A DNA stretch of 64,000 bases from a bacterium (GCA_035308905.1 DATGFS010000003.1:418-64417), one strand, 5' to 3'. Positions 26,253-37,947 are shown, numbered from the stretch's first letter. The notes: generated by a model from the letters alone, not told the origin. Numbers and translations: made by a program.

Positions 26253-27449
26253 TTACTTGGGTTCGGCGGGCCGTTCGGCCAGGACGACGGGGACCTGCCG
26301 GCTCCCGGTCCCGCGCACGACCGTCAGCGTGACGGTGTCGCCGATCTTCCTGTTGACGATATCGCGGACGAAGTCGCTCCAGGTGTCGACCTGCTCGGAC
26401 CCCACCGCGGTGACGATGTCGCCCGAGGCGATGCCGGCCTTCGCCGCCGGCGACCCGGACTCGACGCTGCGGACCAGCACGCCGTGCTTCGCGCCGAGGT
26501 TGTACGCCTGTGCCGTCTGCGCGTCCACGTCGCCGCCGTAGACGATGCCGACCCACGGCCGCACGATGTGGCCGAGCGCGATCAGCTGCTGCATCTCAGA
26601 CCGCGCGAGGTCGCTCGGGATCGCAAACCCGATGCCCTGGGCGTTCGGGATGATCGCCGTGTTGATGCCGACGACGTGGCCCGAGGTGTCCACCAGCGCG
26701 CCGCCGCTGTTGCCGGGATTGATCAGCGCGGAGGTCTGAATCAGATTCTCGACGATCAGGTTCGGCAGCTGAATGTTGCGGTTGAGCGCGCTGATCACGC
26801 CGGTCGTCACGGTGCTGCCGAGCCCAAACGGGTTCCCGATCGCGATCGCCGTCTGGCCGACCTGCAGATCGCCGCTCGATCCGAGCTGGGCGGCCGGCAG
26901 CGATTCCGGCGACGCCACCTTGATCACGGCGAGATCCGCGATCGGGTCCGTCCCAACGATCTTGCCGGTGAGCACCTTGCCGCTCAGCAGCGTGACCTTG
27001 ATCGTCTGCGCGCCCTGAACCACGTGGTTGTTCGTCAGAATGTAGCCGTCCGACCGCACGATCACTCCGGACCCCGCGCCCTGCTGCGGAAACACGCCGA
27101 ACATCGTCTGGACCTGCGCTTCCGTGTCGATATTGACGACGGAGGGGCGCACGCGCTTGACCACGTTGATGACGACGCGCTCGTCCGGCGTCAGCCCGGC
27201 CGCCGGGGCGGGCGCCGGGACCGCCGGCACCTGGGCGGCCGGCGGGTTGGCCGGCGGCGCGGCCGACGGCACCGACGGCTGCTGCGGCGCGGCCGCCTGC
27301 GGGTGCCCCGAAAAGACCGGATGGAAGTATTGCGGAAGCAGGACGCCGCCGAGTCCCGCGCCTACCACCACGGCGGCCAGGACGAGCACCACGGCAGCGG
27401 CATACCCAAGCCGTCCGCGGCGGAGCCCGCCCGGAGTCTCAGTCACCAT
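26253..27449 (-). CDS. htrA: HtrA/DegP-family trypsin-like serine protease with PDZ domain
   Basis: Start [27 protein letters not shown] (TM anchor; ATG 27449 after GGGAGGGA). Catalytic region [19 protein letters not shown]...DLAVIKV...GNSGGALVD, with a C-terminal PDZ. Confidence 0.85.
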   Translation of the reverse strand: MVTETPGGLRRGRLGYAAAVVLVLAAVVVGAGLGGVLLPQYFHPVFSGHPQAAAPQQPSVPSAAPPANPPAAQVPAVPAPAPAAGLTPDERVVINVVKRVRPSVVNIDTEAQVQTMFGVFPQQGAGSGVIVRSDGYILTNNHVVQGAQTIKVTLLSGKVLTGKIVGTDPIADLAVIKVASPESLPAAQLGSSGDLQVGQTAIAIGNPFGLGSTVTTGVISALNRNIQLPNLIVENLIQTSALINPGNSGGALVDTSGHVVGINTAIIPNAQGIGFAIPSDLARSEMQQLIALGHIVRPWVGIVYGGDVDAQTAQAYNLGAKHGVLVRSVESGSPAAKAGIASGDIVTAVGSEQVDTWSDFVRDIVNRKIGDTVTLTVVRGTGSRQVPVVLAERPAEPK

Positions 27450-27530
27450 CGAAGAATCCCTCCCTGACGTTCCCGGCGTTTCCATTATAACATCCGGTAA
27501 GATATGCCCCGGCCGCCGGCGGGCGCGTGC

Positions 27531-27560
27531 GTTTGCCGCATCCGGGGGCGTACGGTATAA
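27531..27560 (+). promoter_or_regulatory. Sigma70-like promoter for the accDABC operon (-35 TTGCCG, 17-nt spacer, -10 TATAAT)
   Basis: Read directly: tTTGCCGcatccgggggcgtacggTATAATcg, about 40 nt upstream of the accD GTG start at 27600. Confidence 0.5.
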
Positions 27561-27599
27561 TCGCGCCGTGGCGAAACCCTCGGGGTTCCGGGCCGTCCC

Positions 27600-28520
27600 G
27601 TGCTGAACTGGCTGAGCCGGCCAAAGGTCGCCTCCTCCGGACGCCGGGAGATCCCCGCAGGCCTCTGGATTAAGTGTCCCCGCTGTGCCGGCCTGATCTA
27701 CCGCCGCGAGCTCGAGCGCGCCTACCGGGTGTGCCCGAAGTGCGGCTACCACCACCGCCTTTCCGCCGCGGAGCGCCTCGCCCTGGTGCTGGACGCCGGG
27801 TCGTTTCAGGAGTTCGACGGGCATCTCGCCCCCGATGACCCCTTGGGATTTGTCGACGAGAAGCCCTACCCGCAGCGGGTGGACGAGGCGCAGCGGCGCA
27901 CGTCGATGCCCGAAGCCGTCCTGACCGGAATCGGGACGGTCGAGGGCGCCGGGCTTGTCGCCGCGGCGATGGAGTTCGGATTTCTCGGCGGCAGCATGGG
28001 CGCCGTCGTCGGGGAGAAGATCGCCCGGGCGGCCGAACGCGCCGCGGAGGCGCGCACCCCGCTCGTCGTCTTCTCCGCCTCCGGGGGCGCGCGCATGCAG
28101 GAAGGCACCCTGTCGCTCATGCAGATGGCGAAAACCAGCGTGGCGCTGGGCCGCCTCGGGGACGCCGGCGTCGCGTTTCTCTCGGTGCTGTGCGACCCGA
28201 CGACCGGCGGCGTCGCCGCGAGTTTCGCGTTTCAAGGCGACGTGGTGCTGGCCGAACCGGGCGCCCTCATCGGGTTCGCGGGCCGCCGCGTCATCGAGCA
28301 GACCATTCGTCAGAAGCTTCCCGACGGCTTTCAAACCGCCGAGTTCGTGCTCGAGCACGGACTGATCGACGCGATCGTCCCCCGCGCCGAGCTGCGGGCC
28401 ACGCTCGGCCGCCTGCTGCGGCTGTGCGGCGCGCCGGTCGATTCAGCCTGGGTCGAAGCCGACGGCGCCGCGGGCTGGGCCGCGGAGGAGGTCACCGCCG
28501 GTGAGCAGCCAGGCGTCTGA
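27600..28520 (+). CDS. accD: Acetyl-CoA carboxylase carboxyltransferase subunit beta
   Basis: N-terminal Zn-ribbon [31 protein letters not shown]. Carboxyltransferase domain. Confidence 0.9.
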   Translation: MLNWLSRPKVASSGRREIPAGLWIKCPRCAGLIYRRELERAYRVCPKCGYHHRLSAAERLALVLDAGSFQEFDGHLAPDDPLGFVDEKPYPQRVDEAQRRTSMPEAVLTGIGTVEGAGLVAAAMEFGFLGGSMGAVVGEKIARAAERAAEARTPLVVFSASGGARMQEGTLSLMQMAKTSVALGRLGDAGVAFLSVLCDPTTGGVAASFAFQGDVVLAEPGALIGFAGRRVIEQTIRQKLPDGFQTAEFVLEHGLIDAIVPRAELRATLGRLLRLCGAPVDSAWVEADGAAGWAAEEVTAGEQPGV

Positions 28521-29601
28521 CGCGCCGCTGCCCCCGGGCGGGCTCGCCGCCGGCTCCCCGGTTCTGCCCTCCCCGCCGGCGGGTGACGCCCTCGAGCGCA
28601 CCCTCGCCGAGGTCGAACGTGAGATTCGCGAGCTCCGGAAGATCACGAACGAGCAGCGCATGGATCTGAACTCGCAGATCGCGATCCTCGAGGCCCGGGC
28701 GCAGGAGCTGCGCGAGGCAATCGCGCGCGACCCGTCGCCGTGGCAGACCGTCCAGCTGGCCCGCCATCCGGAACGGCCGAAGGTCGGCGACTACATCGCG
28801 GCGCTGGCGCGGGACTTCGTCGAGCTGCACGGCGACCGCATGTACCGGGACGACCCGGCGATCGTCGCGGGGCTCGGATGGATCGACATGCCGTCCGGCG
28901 GCGCAGGCACGGCAGTGGCGCTGATCGGCCACGCGAAGGGACGCGACACGCGGGAAAACATCGCGCGCAACTTCGCGATGCCGAACCCCGAAGGGTACCG
29001 CAAGGCCGTCCGCGTGATGAAGCTCGCGGAGAAGCTGCGGTGTCCGGTCGTCACCCTGATCGATACGCCCGGCGCCTATCCCGGCAAGGACGCCGAAGAG
29101 CGCGGCCAGAGCGAGGCGATCGCGCGCGCGCTGCTGGAGATGGCGCGGCTGCGCACGCCGATCGTCACGGTCATCACCGGCGAGGGCGGCAGCGGCGGGG
29201 CGCTCGCGATCGGCATCGGCGACGTCGTGCTGATGCTCGAACACGCCGTCTATTCCGTGATCTCGCCGGAGGGCTGCGCGGCGATCCTGTGGCGCGACGG
29301 CACGAGAAGCCGCGAGGCGGCGGCGGCGCTCCGGATCACCGCGCCCGATCTCGCGGGCTTCGGCATCGTCGACGAGATCATACCCGAGCCGGCCGGCGGC
29401 GCCCACGCGGACCGCGGCGCCGCCGCGAACGCGGTGGCCGGGGCCGTCCGGCGTAGGCTCGGCCTCCTGCTCGGCCGCCCCCTCGACGCGCTGCTCGACG
29501 CCCGCTACGAGAAGTTCCGCCGCATCGGGCGCGTCCGGGAGATGGACGTGTCCGCGGCGCCCGCCGGCGGCGCCGCCCCGCCGGTGACCCCGGGCCGATG
29601 A
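28501..29601 (+). CDS. accA: Acetyl-CoA carboxylase carboxyltransferase subunit alpha
   Basis: ...[45 protein letters not shown]..., collinear with AccA. Overlaps accD by 20 nt. Confidence 0.9.
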   Translation: MSSQASDAPLPPGGLAAGSPVLPSPPAGDALERTLAEVEREIRELRKITNEQRMDLNSQIAILEARAQELREAIARDPSPWQTVQLARHPERPKVGDYIAALARDFVELHGDRMYRDDPAIVAGLGWIDMPSGGAGTAVALIGHAKGRDTRENIARNFAMPNPEGYRKAVRVMKLAEKLRCPVVTLIDTPGAYPGKDAEERGQSEAIARALLEMARLRTPIVTVITGEGGSGGALAIGIGDVVLMLEHAVYSVISPEGCAAILWRDGTRSREAAAALRITAPDLAGFGIVDEIIPEPAGGAHADRGAAANAVAGAVRRRLGLLLGRPLDALLDARYEKFRRIGRVREMDVSAAPAGGAAPPVTPGR

Positions 29602-30092
29602 GCGACCACGACCGGCTCGACCTCGACGAGATCCGCGCGATCATCCGCCTCGCCACGGAGGCGGACATCGCCGAGCTCGTCGTCGAAGCGGCGCACGTCA
29701 AAGTCCACGTGAAGAAGACGGCCGCGGGAACGGCCCCGGCGTCCGTCTCCGCCGCGGTGCCCGGCGGGACCGCCGCGGCCCCGCCGGAGGCGGGCGGGCA
29801 CGCCGCGACATCCGACGGGACCCGGCCCGCGGGCGAAGGCACGGCGCGCTACGTGCCGATCGTCGCGCCGATGGTCGGTACGTTTTACCGGGCGCCGAAG
29901 CCCGACGCCCCGCCCTTCGTCAACGAGGGCGACGTGGTGCAGACCGGGCAGACCGTCTGCGTGCTCGAAGCGATGAAGATGTTCAACGAGATCCCAAGCG
30001 AAGTCGCCGGCCGCGTCGTCCGCGTCCTGGCCGAAAACGGCGCGCCGGTGGAGTACGGACAGCCCCTGTTCCTCGTCGACCCCGCCGCCTGA
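29598..30092 (+). CDS. accB: Biotin carboxyl carrier protein
   Basis: Biotinylation motif CVLEAMKMFNEIPSEVAGRVV. Start overlaps the accA stop (ATGA). Confidence 0.9.
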   Translation: MSDHDRLDLDEIRAIIRLATEADIAELVVEAAHVKVHVKKTAAGTAPASVSAAVPGGTAAAPPEAGGHAATSDGTRPAGEGTARYVPIVAPMVGTFYRAPKPDAPPFVNEGDVVQTGQTVCVLEAMKMFNEIPSEVAGRVVRVLAENGAPVEYGQPLFLVDPAA

Positions 30093-30101
30093 CCCGCCCC
30101 G

Positions 30102-31457
30102 ATGTTCAAGAAGGTTCTGATCGCCAACCGCGGGGAGATCGCCGTGCGCGTCATCCGCGCCTGCCACGAGCTCGGCATCCGGACGGTGGCGATCTATTCG
30201 GACGCGGACCGCGGCGCGCTGCACGTGCAGATGGCCGACGAGGCGTTCTGCGTCGGCCCGGCCCAGGCCCGCGACAGCTACCTCAACGTCCCGAACATCA
30301 TCAGCACGGCCGAACTGCTCAACGTCGACGCGATCCATCCCGGCTACGGGTTCCTCGCCGAGAACGCGCACTTCGCCGAGGTCTGCCGCGACTGCAAGAT
30401 CACGTTCATCGGGCCGTCTCCCGAAGCGATCGCCAAGATGGGCAACAAGTCGCAGGCGCGGGAGATCATGCGCCGCGCCGGCGTCCCGGTCATCCCCGGC
30501 AGCACGGGGCCCGTCCGCGACGAGGCGGCCGCGCTCGCGACGGCGCGCGCGATCGGCTACCCGCTGATCATCAAGGCCGCCGCCGGCGGCGGCGGCCGCG
30601 GTATGCGGGTCGTGCATACGGCCGACGATGTGCGCCGGGCGCTCGCCGCGGCGCACGTGGAGGCGGAGGCGGCGTTCGGCGACGGCGCGCTGTACGTCGA
30701 GAAATACCTCGAAGAGCCCCGCCACGTGGAGGTACAGATCCTCGCCGACGGGCGCGGCGCGATCGTCTCGCTCGGCGAGCGCGACTGCTCGGTGCAGCGC
30801 CGCCACCAGAAACTGCTCGAAGAGGCGCCGTCGCCCGGGGTGACGCCCCGCCTCCGGCGCGCCCTCTCCCGGGCCGCGGTGCGGGCGGCCGAGGTGGTGG
30901 GCTACGCCAACGCCGGGACGGTCGAGTTTCTCGTGGACCACGGCGAGCACTTCTACTTCATGGAGATGAACACGCGCGTGCAGGTCGAGCACCCGGTCAC
31001 GGAGACCGTGACCGACGTGGACATCGTGAAGGAACAGATCCGGATCGCCGCCGGCGAGCGCATGACACTCCCCCGCGAGATCGAGCCGCGGGGACACGCG
31101 ATCGAATGCCGGGTCAACGCCGAGGACCCGGCGCGCGAGTTTCTGCCGTCGCCGGGGCCGATCACGGCGTTCTTCCCGCCCGGCGGGCCCGGCGTACGGG
31201 TGGACACCCACGCGTTTGCCGGCTATACCATCCCGCCCTACTACGACTCGCTGATCGCCAAGGTGATCGCGTGGGGCCGCGACCGCGACGAATCGATCGC
31301 GCGGATGACGCGGGCGCTCCGCGAGTTCGAGGTGGGCGGCATCCGGACAACGATTCCGTTTCACCTCACGGTCCTCGACAACGCGTTCTTCCGCCGCGGC
31401 GAGGTCTACGTCAACTTCGTCCAGCGCCGCATTGACCTGAGCGCGATCCGGGAGTGA
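30102..31457 (+). CDS. accC: Biotin carboxylase
   Basis: MFKKVLIANRGEIAVRVIRACHELGIRTVAIYSDADRGALHV... ATP-grasp, 451 aa. Confidence 0.95.
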   Translation: MFKKVLIANRGEIAVRVIRACHELGIRTVAIYSDADRGALHVQMADEAFCVGPAQARDSYLNVPNIISTAELLNVDAIHPGYGFLAENAHFAEVCRDCKITFIGPSPEAIAKMGNKSQAREIMRRAGVPVIPGSTGPVRDEAAALATARAIGYPLIIKAAAGGGGRGMRVVHTADDVRRALAAAHVEAEAAFGDGALYVEKYLEEPRHVEVQILADGRGAIVSLGERDCSVQRRHQKLLEEAPSPGVTPRLRRALSRAAVRAAEVVGYANAGTVEFLVDHGEHFYFMEMNTRVQVEHPVTETVTDVDIVKEQIRIAAGERMTLPREIEPRGHAIECRVNAEDPAREFLPSPGPITAFFPPGGPGVRVDTHAFAGYTIPPYYDSLIAKVIAWGRDRDESIARMTRALREFEVGGIRTTIPFHLTVLDNAFFRRGEVYVNFVQRRIDLSAIRE

Positions 31458-31467
31458 CCCCGGTGTA

Positions 31468-31507
31468 GCGCCGGACGCCGCGTCGAGAGCGCCGCGGCGT
31501 CCGGCGC
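31468..31507 (+). terminator. Stem-loop terminator-like element downstream of accC (15-bp perfect inverted repeat, 10-nt loop, no U-tract)
   Basis: GCGCCGGACGCCGCG tcgagagcgc CGCGGCGTCCGGCGC, read directly, 10 nt after the accC stop. Confidence 0.5.
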
Positions 31508-31570
31508 CCAAAGGAGGGGTGCCGGGGCGGCACGAACGGTGCCATTGAGAATACAGGGGGGAGTCGCTCT

Positions 31571-32431
31571 ATGGGTTTCGCACTCGGCATCCTGATCATC
31601 CTCGTGCTGATCTTTTGGAACGGCGTCAAGGTCGTGCGCGAATACCAGCGGCTGGTCGTGTTCCGCATGGGCCGCAGCTTTGGTCCGAAGGGGCCCGGCA
31701 TCGTGTTTCTGATCCCGGTTGTGGACAAGGCGGTGTGGGCGGACCTCCGCGAGGTGTTCCTCGAGATCCCCGCCCAGACGTGCATCACCAAGGACAACGC
31801 GCCGATCTCGATCGACTTCCTGATCTACTACAAGGTGATCGACCCGCAGTTGAGCGTCATTCAGGTCGGCAACTTCGCCGGCGCGGCGCAGGGCATCGCG
31901 ACGACGGGCCTCCGGGCGGTCATCGGCGACATCATCCTCGACGACGTGCTGGCCAAGCGCGACCAGATCAACCAGGTCCTGCGGCTCAAACTCGACGAGG
32001 TCACCGAGCGGTGGGGCGTCAAGGTCACCACCGTCGAGATCCGGGAGATCACGCCGCCGAAGGACGTGCAGGAGGCGATGACGCGCCAGATGTCGGCCGA
32101 GCGCAGCCGCCGCGCCCTCGTCACCGAGGCGGACGGCAAGAAGCAGGCCGCGATCACGATCGCGGAAGGCGCGAAGCAGGCCGCGATCCTCAACGCGGAG
32201 GGCGACCGGCAGGCCGCCATCCTCCGGGCCGAGGGGTTCTCGCTCGCGCTCGACAAGATCTTCAGCGTCGCCAAGACCGTCGACACCAACACGATGAGCC
32301 TGCAGTACCTCGAAGCGCTCAAGGCCCTCGGCGCGGGCGCGTCGACCAAGTTCGTGTTCCCCATGGAGTTCGCGCGCTTTCTGCAGCCGTTCGTCGCGCC
32401 GCCGGCGAAGGTGGACGGCGGAGGCCGCTGA
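31571..32431 (+). CDS. SPFH/band-7 (stomatin/prohibitin-like) membrane protein
   Basis: N-terminal TM helix MGFALGILIILVLIFWNG followed by an SPFH core ...VVFRMGRSFGPKGPGIVFLIPVVDK.... RBS AGGGGGGAG. Confidence 0.85.
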   Translation: MGFALGILIILVLIFWNGVKVVREYQRLVVFRMGRSFGPKGPGIVFLIPVVDKAVWADLREVFLEIPAQTCITKDNAPISIDFLIYYKVIDPQLSVIQVGNFAGAAQGIATTGLRAVIGDIILDDVLAKRDQINQVLRLKLDEVTERWGVKVTTVEIREITPPKDVQEAMTRQMSAERSRRALVTEADGKKQAAITIAEGAKQAAILNAEGDRQAAILRAEGFSLALDKIFSVAKTVDTNTMSLQYLEALKALGAGASTKFVFPMEFARFLQPFVAPPAKVDGGGR

Positions 32432-32562
32432 CACCGCGGGGCCGCCGGACAGCCTGATCGACAACTTAGCGGCTAAGTGCATCGGCGGTTGAAGGATTCA
32501 CGCGCCCGGACTGGGTAAGGAACCCCCCGGTGGCGTAGATACGCTACAGGAGGGGAAGCGTC

Positions 32563-33234
32563 ATGAGCCGATGCGCCGGTGACCCTTGGACGGGCCTCGC
32601 CGCGGCGGCGGCCGCGGCCGGGCGCGAATCGTTGCGGTTGATGCAATGCGCCTGCCGGCCCGTTGCGCTCTGGTACGACTTCCAGGAGTTGCGGTACACA
32701 CGTAACCGGCTCTGGGCGCGGCTCGCAGCCGAGCGCCGGCGATGGCATCTGCGGGAATATGCCCTCGATCTCGCGGAGCCCCCTGTCTATGCCTTTACCA
32801 CGACCGCCGCCGGTGCGCGGCGTCTGGTTCGGCGCCCTCGCCTTTCCGGCGGAGCCGGCCTCGACGATACGCGGGCGCATGCGCTGGTCTGCACGCTGCG
32901 GGAAGACGGCGTCGCGACGTGTCTGTCGGTCGACGGGGAGCTGGACCTGGCCAGCGTGGCGTCGTTCCTCGGCTACTTGAAACGGGCCGGGGACGGCGGG
33001 CGACACGTCATCGTGGATCTGCAGAAGCTCCGGTACATCGACTCCTCCGGCATCAACGCGCTGCTGCGCGCCCGCGAGCGATATACGCGGAACGGCCAGC
33101 GGATCGTGCTGGCGGACGTTCCGGCGAGGATACGGCGGGTATTAGACATCATCGCGGTGGAAGCGGTCATCCCGATGTTCCCGACGGTCGACGCCGCCCT
33201 CGCCGCGCTCCGCGACGGGACGAAGCCGAAGTAA
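32563..33234 (+). CDS. STAS-domain protein (anti-sigma-factor antagonist, SpoIIAA-like) with ~100-aa N-terminal extension
   Basis: C-terminal STAS: ...LSVDGELDLASVASFLGYLK...IDSSGINALLRARERYTRNGQRIVLADVPARIRRVLDIIAV.... The N-terminal 100 aa have no recognisable domain, and the true start may lie downstream (e.g. M27). Confidence 0.6.
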   Translation: MSRCAGDPWTGLAAAAAAAGRESLRLMQCACRPVALWYDFQELRYTRNRLWARLAAERRRWHLREYALDLAEPPVYAFTTTAAGARRLVRRPRLSGGAGLDDTRAHALVCTLREDGVATCLSVDGELDLASVASFLGYLKRAGDGGRHVIVDLQKLRYIDSSGINALLRARERYTRNGQRIVLADVPARIRRVLDIIAVEAVIPMFPTVDAALAALRDGTKPK

Positions 33235-33247
33235 CCCCTGGAATCCT

Positions 33248-33285
33248 CGGGGCCCCCGCCCGCCGCGCGCGGACCGGGGGCCCCG
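33248..33285. terminator. Bidirectional hairpin between convergent genes (11-bp stem CGGGGCCCCCG / CGGGGGCCCCG, 16-nt loop)
   Basis: Read directly between the STAS gene stop (33234) and the ABC ATPase stop (33310). Confidence 0.4.
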
Positions 33286-33309
33286 GTCTTGCGGGCCTCC
33301 CGGCGCGCG

Positions 33310-34404
<1,095 letters not shown>

Positions 34405-34517
34405 GATCGTGCCTCCCGGCGGAAGACCAGTCTCCGCGCCGCGCCGGTGGCGCCGCGCCTGGGAGTTTCTTCCGCGCGTCCGAGTCCTACGACGCGGGCC
34501 GCGGCGGGCCCTTCAGG

Positions 34518-35582
34518 CTATCCCTCGCGCATCCGCTGCTTGAGGATCGTGATGGCCTCGATCGGCGTCGGATCGACGCCGCGCAGGTAGGCGAGATACA
34601 CGCTCGTGAGATCGCCGATCAGGACGAGCGAGAGCAGCCGCGCGAGCCGGCTCTCGCCGCACCCGGTGACCTCCTGGACGCCGGCGATGCCCCGCGGCAT
34701 CGCCTCACAGGCGGCTTCGACCAGCCGGCGCGTCCGGGCGCCCTCCGTTCCCGAGAACAGCACGACCATCTCGAGCAGTCCGGCAATCTCCTCCGCGGCC
34801 CCCCACCCCACGACCTCGTTGTGGGCCACCTCGGGGAAGGCGTGCCACGCGGCGACGGTCTTGCTGTTCTCGTTGAACTGGCACTTCCACCGGCGCGCCG
34901 CCGGCTCGACCTCCGGACTCGCGGCGAAGACGATGGGGATCCGCCCGTTGACGCGGCCGGCGAGCCGTTTCGCCGCGTTGCGCTCCTCGGGTACCTGGGG
35001 GCCGAGGTCCCGGCCGAGCACGTCCAACACGCCCGCGGCTTCTTCGACGTCGGCGGCGCACGGGGGGCACACGTCCCACCGCTCGAGCATCGCAAGCGCC
35101 GGGCCGACAAGATACCCGAGCGCCGCGCGCGGCGGCAGACCGCCGGGCACACGCACCAGCGCCCGGCCCCGGGACTCCGCCAGCGCGGCGAGCCGCCCGC
35201 CGGAGGTGACCGCCAGCAGCGACGCCCCGGCCGCGACGGCCGATTCGGCGGCCTCGACGGTCTCGTCGGTCTCGCCGGAGTAGCTGGAGGCGACCACCAG
35301 GGACTGCGCCCCTATATATGAAGGAAGCCGCGCGTCGCGGACCACCACGGCAGGGAACGGAAGTGCCGGCGCCAGAGCCGCCGCCAGCAGATCGCCCCCG
35401 ATCGCCGATCCTCCCAACCCCACGAAGATGAGGTGCGCCGGACGGCCGCCGAGGGGCGTGAGATTCGCCGCCCGCCCGAGCCGCCACCCCTCCCGCAGTT
35501 GGCGGGGGAGGGACAGCACGGTGTCGAGCATGCCGGAGGGATCCGCGGCGCGGTCCACCGCGCGTTCGTCGAGACTGCGCAT
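34518..35582 (-). CDS. SIS-domain bifunctional phosphoglucose/phosphomannose isomerase family protein
   Basis: Two SIS segments (LIFVGLGGSAIGGDLL...; ...SYSGETDETVEAAE...), 354 aa, typical of the PGI/PMI family. Confidence 0.7.
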   Translation of the reverse strand: MRSLDERAVDRAADPSGMLDTVLSLPRQLREGWRLGRAANLTPLGGRPAHLIFVGLGGSAIGGDLLAAALAPALPFPAVVVRDARLPSYIGAQSLVVASSYSGETDETVEAAESAVAAGASLLAVTSGGRLAALAESRGRALVRVPGGLPPRAALGYLVGPALAMLERWDVCPPCAADVEEAAGVLDVLGRDLGPQVPEERNAAKRLAGRVNGRIPIVFAASPEVEPAARRWKCQFNENSKTVAAWHAFPEVAHNEVVGWGAAEEIAGLLEMVVLFSGTEGARTRRLVEAACEAMPRGIAGVQEVTGCGESRLARLLSLVLIGDLTSVYLAYLRGVDPTPIEAITILKQRMREG

Positions 35583-35660
35583 CGCGGACTACTTCAGGAG
35601 ACGGCGGCGGGCGCCCTGCCCGCAGGGGTGCTTCGCGGTGAGCCCGAACGATTGGCGGCG

Positions 35661-36938
35661 ATGCCACTTCGCGGCCACCACGCGACGATCGCGCTCGTGC
35701 ATTTCACCAGCCCCCCGATCATCGGCGGCGTGGAGGCGGTGCTGGGCCGGCACGCCCGGCTGCTCGCCGAGCGCGGCGTCGACGTCCGCGTCATCACGGG
35801 CCGCGGGGGTCCGCTCGGAGGCCGGGTGCGGGTCCGGCGGGTGCCGCTGCTCGACTCCCGGCATCCGCGCGTCCTGGCCGTGACGCAGCAGCTCGCCGAG
35901 GGGCGGGTCACCCCGGCCTTCGCGGCCCTCTCGGCGCAGGTCCAGGAGGGGCTCGAGCGCGCGCTCGCCGGGACGTCCGTCTGCGTCGTCCACAACGCGC
36001 TCACGCTGCACAAGAACCTCGCGCTCACCGCGGCGCTCCACCGGATCGCGGCGCGGCGGCCGCCGATCCGATTTGTGGCGTGGTGCCACGATCTCGCCTG
36101 GACCAACCCGCAGTATCGCGAGGACCTGCATCCCGGCCAGCCGTGGCGTCTGCTCACGACGCCGCTCGCCGGCGCGACGTACGTCACGGTGTCGCGCGAC
36201 CGCCAGCGCGCCTTGAGCGCGGCGCTGCGCCTCAGCGGGTCGCAGATCGAGATCATCCCAAACGGCATCGATCCCGCGGCGTTCCTCCGCCTCAGTCCCG
36301 CGGGCCGCTGGCTCGCGGAGACGCTGCGTCTCTGGGACCAGCAGGTCGTCCTGCTCCTGCCGGTCCGGATCACCCGGCGCAAGCAGATCGAGTACGCGCT
36401 GCGCGTGACCGAAGAACTGGTCCGCCGCGAGCTGTCGGTGCGGCTCTTGATCACCGGCCCGCTCGGCGCGCACAACCCGCGCAATCGCGACTACCTCGAC
36501 GAGCTGCGCGCGCTGCGGGCCGGGCTCGGTCTGGAGGAACAGGTGGTCTTCTGCGGGGACGTCCCCGGTCCGGGAGGCGCGTCGATCACCCTGACGGACC
36601 GCGTGGTCACCGACCTGTACGCGCTGGCGGACGCGCTCCTGCTGCCGAGCCGCGAGGAAGGGTTCGGGCTGCCGCTGCTGGAGACCGGCCTCGCGCGCGT
36701 GCCGGCGTTCGTCACCGACATCCCGCCGTTCCGCGAAATCGGCGGCGACGCGGTGCAGACATTCGGCCTCGACGACTCCCCGACGGTCTGCGCGCAGCGC
36801 ATCATCCACGGGCTGATGGACGACCGCGGTTACCGCCTGCGCCGGCGCGTGCTCGGCACCTACACGTGGGACGTCATCATGCGGGACCGGATCGTGCCTC
36901 TGCTGACCCAGCTCACCGCGGCGGCCAAGCCGACGTGA
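35661..36938 (+). CDS. GT4-family glycosyltransferase (Rv3032-like alpha-glucosyltransferase candidate)
   Basis: Probable start MPLRGHHATIALVHFTSPPIIGGVEAVLGRHARLL (typical GT4 N-terminus). C-terminal E-x7-E-type region ...LLLPSREEGFGLPLLETGLARVPAFVTDIPPFREI. The ORF-track start at 35433 would overlap the divergent SIS gene. Confidence 0.75.
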   Translation: MPLRGHHATIALVHFTSPPIIGGVEAVLGRHARLLAERGVDVRVITGRGGPLGGRVRVRRVPLLDSRHPRVLAVTQQLAEGRVTPAFAALSAQVQEGLERALAGTSVCVVHNALTLHKNLALTAALHRIAARRPPIRFVAWCHDLAWTNPQYREDLHPGQPWRLLTTPLAGATYVTVSRDRQRALSAALRLSGSQIEIIPNGIDPAAFLRLSPAGRWLAETLRLWDQQVVLLLPVRITRRKQIEYALRVTEELVRRELSVRLLITGPLGAHNPRNRDYLDELRALRAGLGLEEQVVFCGDVPGPGGASITLTDRVVTDLYALADALLLPSREEGFGLPLLETGLARVPAFVTDIPPFREIGGDAVQTFGLDDSPTVCAQRIIHGLMDDRGYRLRRRVLGTYTWDVIMRDRIVPLLTQLTAAAKPT

Positions 36939-37939
36939 CGGCCTGCCCCTGGCGGTCCGCCGTCGACGCGTGGTTTACGCGCAGCACGTTCCACGCGCGC
37001 GACTTCAGCGACCTTCAGGCCCTGGCGGCGCTGAAGCGCCGCCAGGGCCTGACGATCAGCCTCGGCCTCCCCGCCCTCAACGAAGAGGCCACGATCGGCG
37101 ACGAGATCGCGGTCCTCCGGCGCGCCCTCATGAACGACGTGCCGCTGCTCGACGAGATCGCGGTCATCGACAGCGGCTCCGCTGACCGCACGGTCGCCGT
37201 GGCCCGCGGGCTCGGCGTGCCGGCCTACCAGCACGCGGAGATCCTACCGGAGACGGGGACGTTCGAGGGCAAGGGCGAGGCGCTCTGGAAGAGCCTGCAC
37301 GTCCTGCGCGGCGACCTCATCGTCTGGCTCGACACCGACATCCGCAACATCCACCCGCAGTTCGTCTACGGCCTCCTCGGACCGCTGCTGCGCGAGCCGC
37401 GCATCGCCTACGTGAAAGGCTACTATCAGCGGCCGCTCACCGACGGCCCGTCCCAGTCCGCGAACGGCGGGGGACGCGTCACGGAGCTCACGGCGCGCCC
37501 GCTCCTCAACTTGTTTTTTCCGGAGCTGTCCGGCGTCATTCAGCCGCTCGCGGGCGAGTACGCGGGGCGGCGCGAATTGCTCGAGCGCCTGCCGTTCTTT
37601 ACCGGGTACGGCGTCGAGATCGGGCACCTCATCGACATTCTGGAGCGGTTCGGCCTCGACCGGATCGGGCAGGTCGACCTCGACACCCGCGTGCACCGCA
37701 ACCGCGAACTCGGCTCGCTGTCGCTCATGGCGTTCGCGATCATCCAGGTCGTGATGGCGCGCGTCGGCGACCGCGCCGGCTACCCCCTCCGCCGGCAGAT
37801 GAACACGGCGATGAAGCTGATCCGGACCGGGCCGTCCCCCGCCCTCGACGTGAAGGAGCTCCGCGAGCACGAACGGCCGCCGATCGTGTCCGTGCCTGCC
37901 TATCGGACACGGGGCGCCGCCGTCGCGGCACGCGACTGA
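36935..37939 (+). CDS. gpgS: Glucosyl-3-phosphoglycerate synthase (GT81)
   Basis: Collinear with my recollection of mycobacterial GpgS (Rv1208): ...GLTISLGLPALNEEATIGDEI...DSGSADRT...GKGEALWKSL...GGGRVTELTARPLL...QPLAGEYAGRRELL...GYGVEIGHLIDI...HRNRELG. GTG start overlaps the GT4 stop (GTGA). Confidence 0.8.
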   Translation: MTACPWRSAVDAWFTRSTFHARDFSDLQALAALKRRQGLTISLGLPALNEEATIGDEIAVLRRALMNDVPLLDEIAVIDSGSADRTVAVARGLGVPAYQHAEILPETGTFEGKGEALWKSLHVLRGDLIVWLDTDIRNIHPQFVYGLLGPLLREPRIAYVKGYYQRPLTDGPSQSANGGGRVTELTARPLLNLFFPELSGVIQPLAGEYAGRRELLERLPFFTGYGVEIGHLIDILERFGLDRIGQVDLDTRVHRNRELGSLSLMAFAIIQVVMARVGDRAGYPLRRQMNTAMKLIRTGPSPALDVKELREHERPPIVSVPAYRTRGAAVAARD

Positions 37940-37947
37940 CCCGCGGC

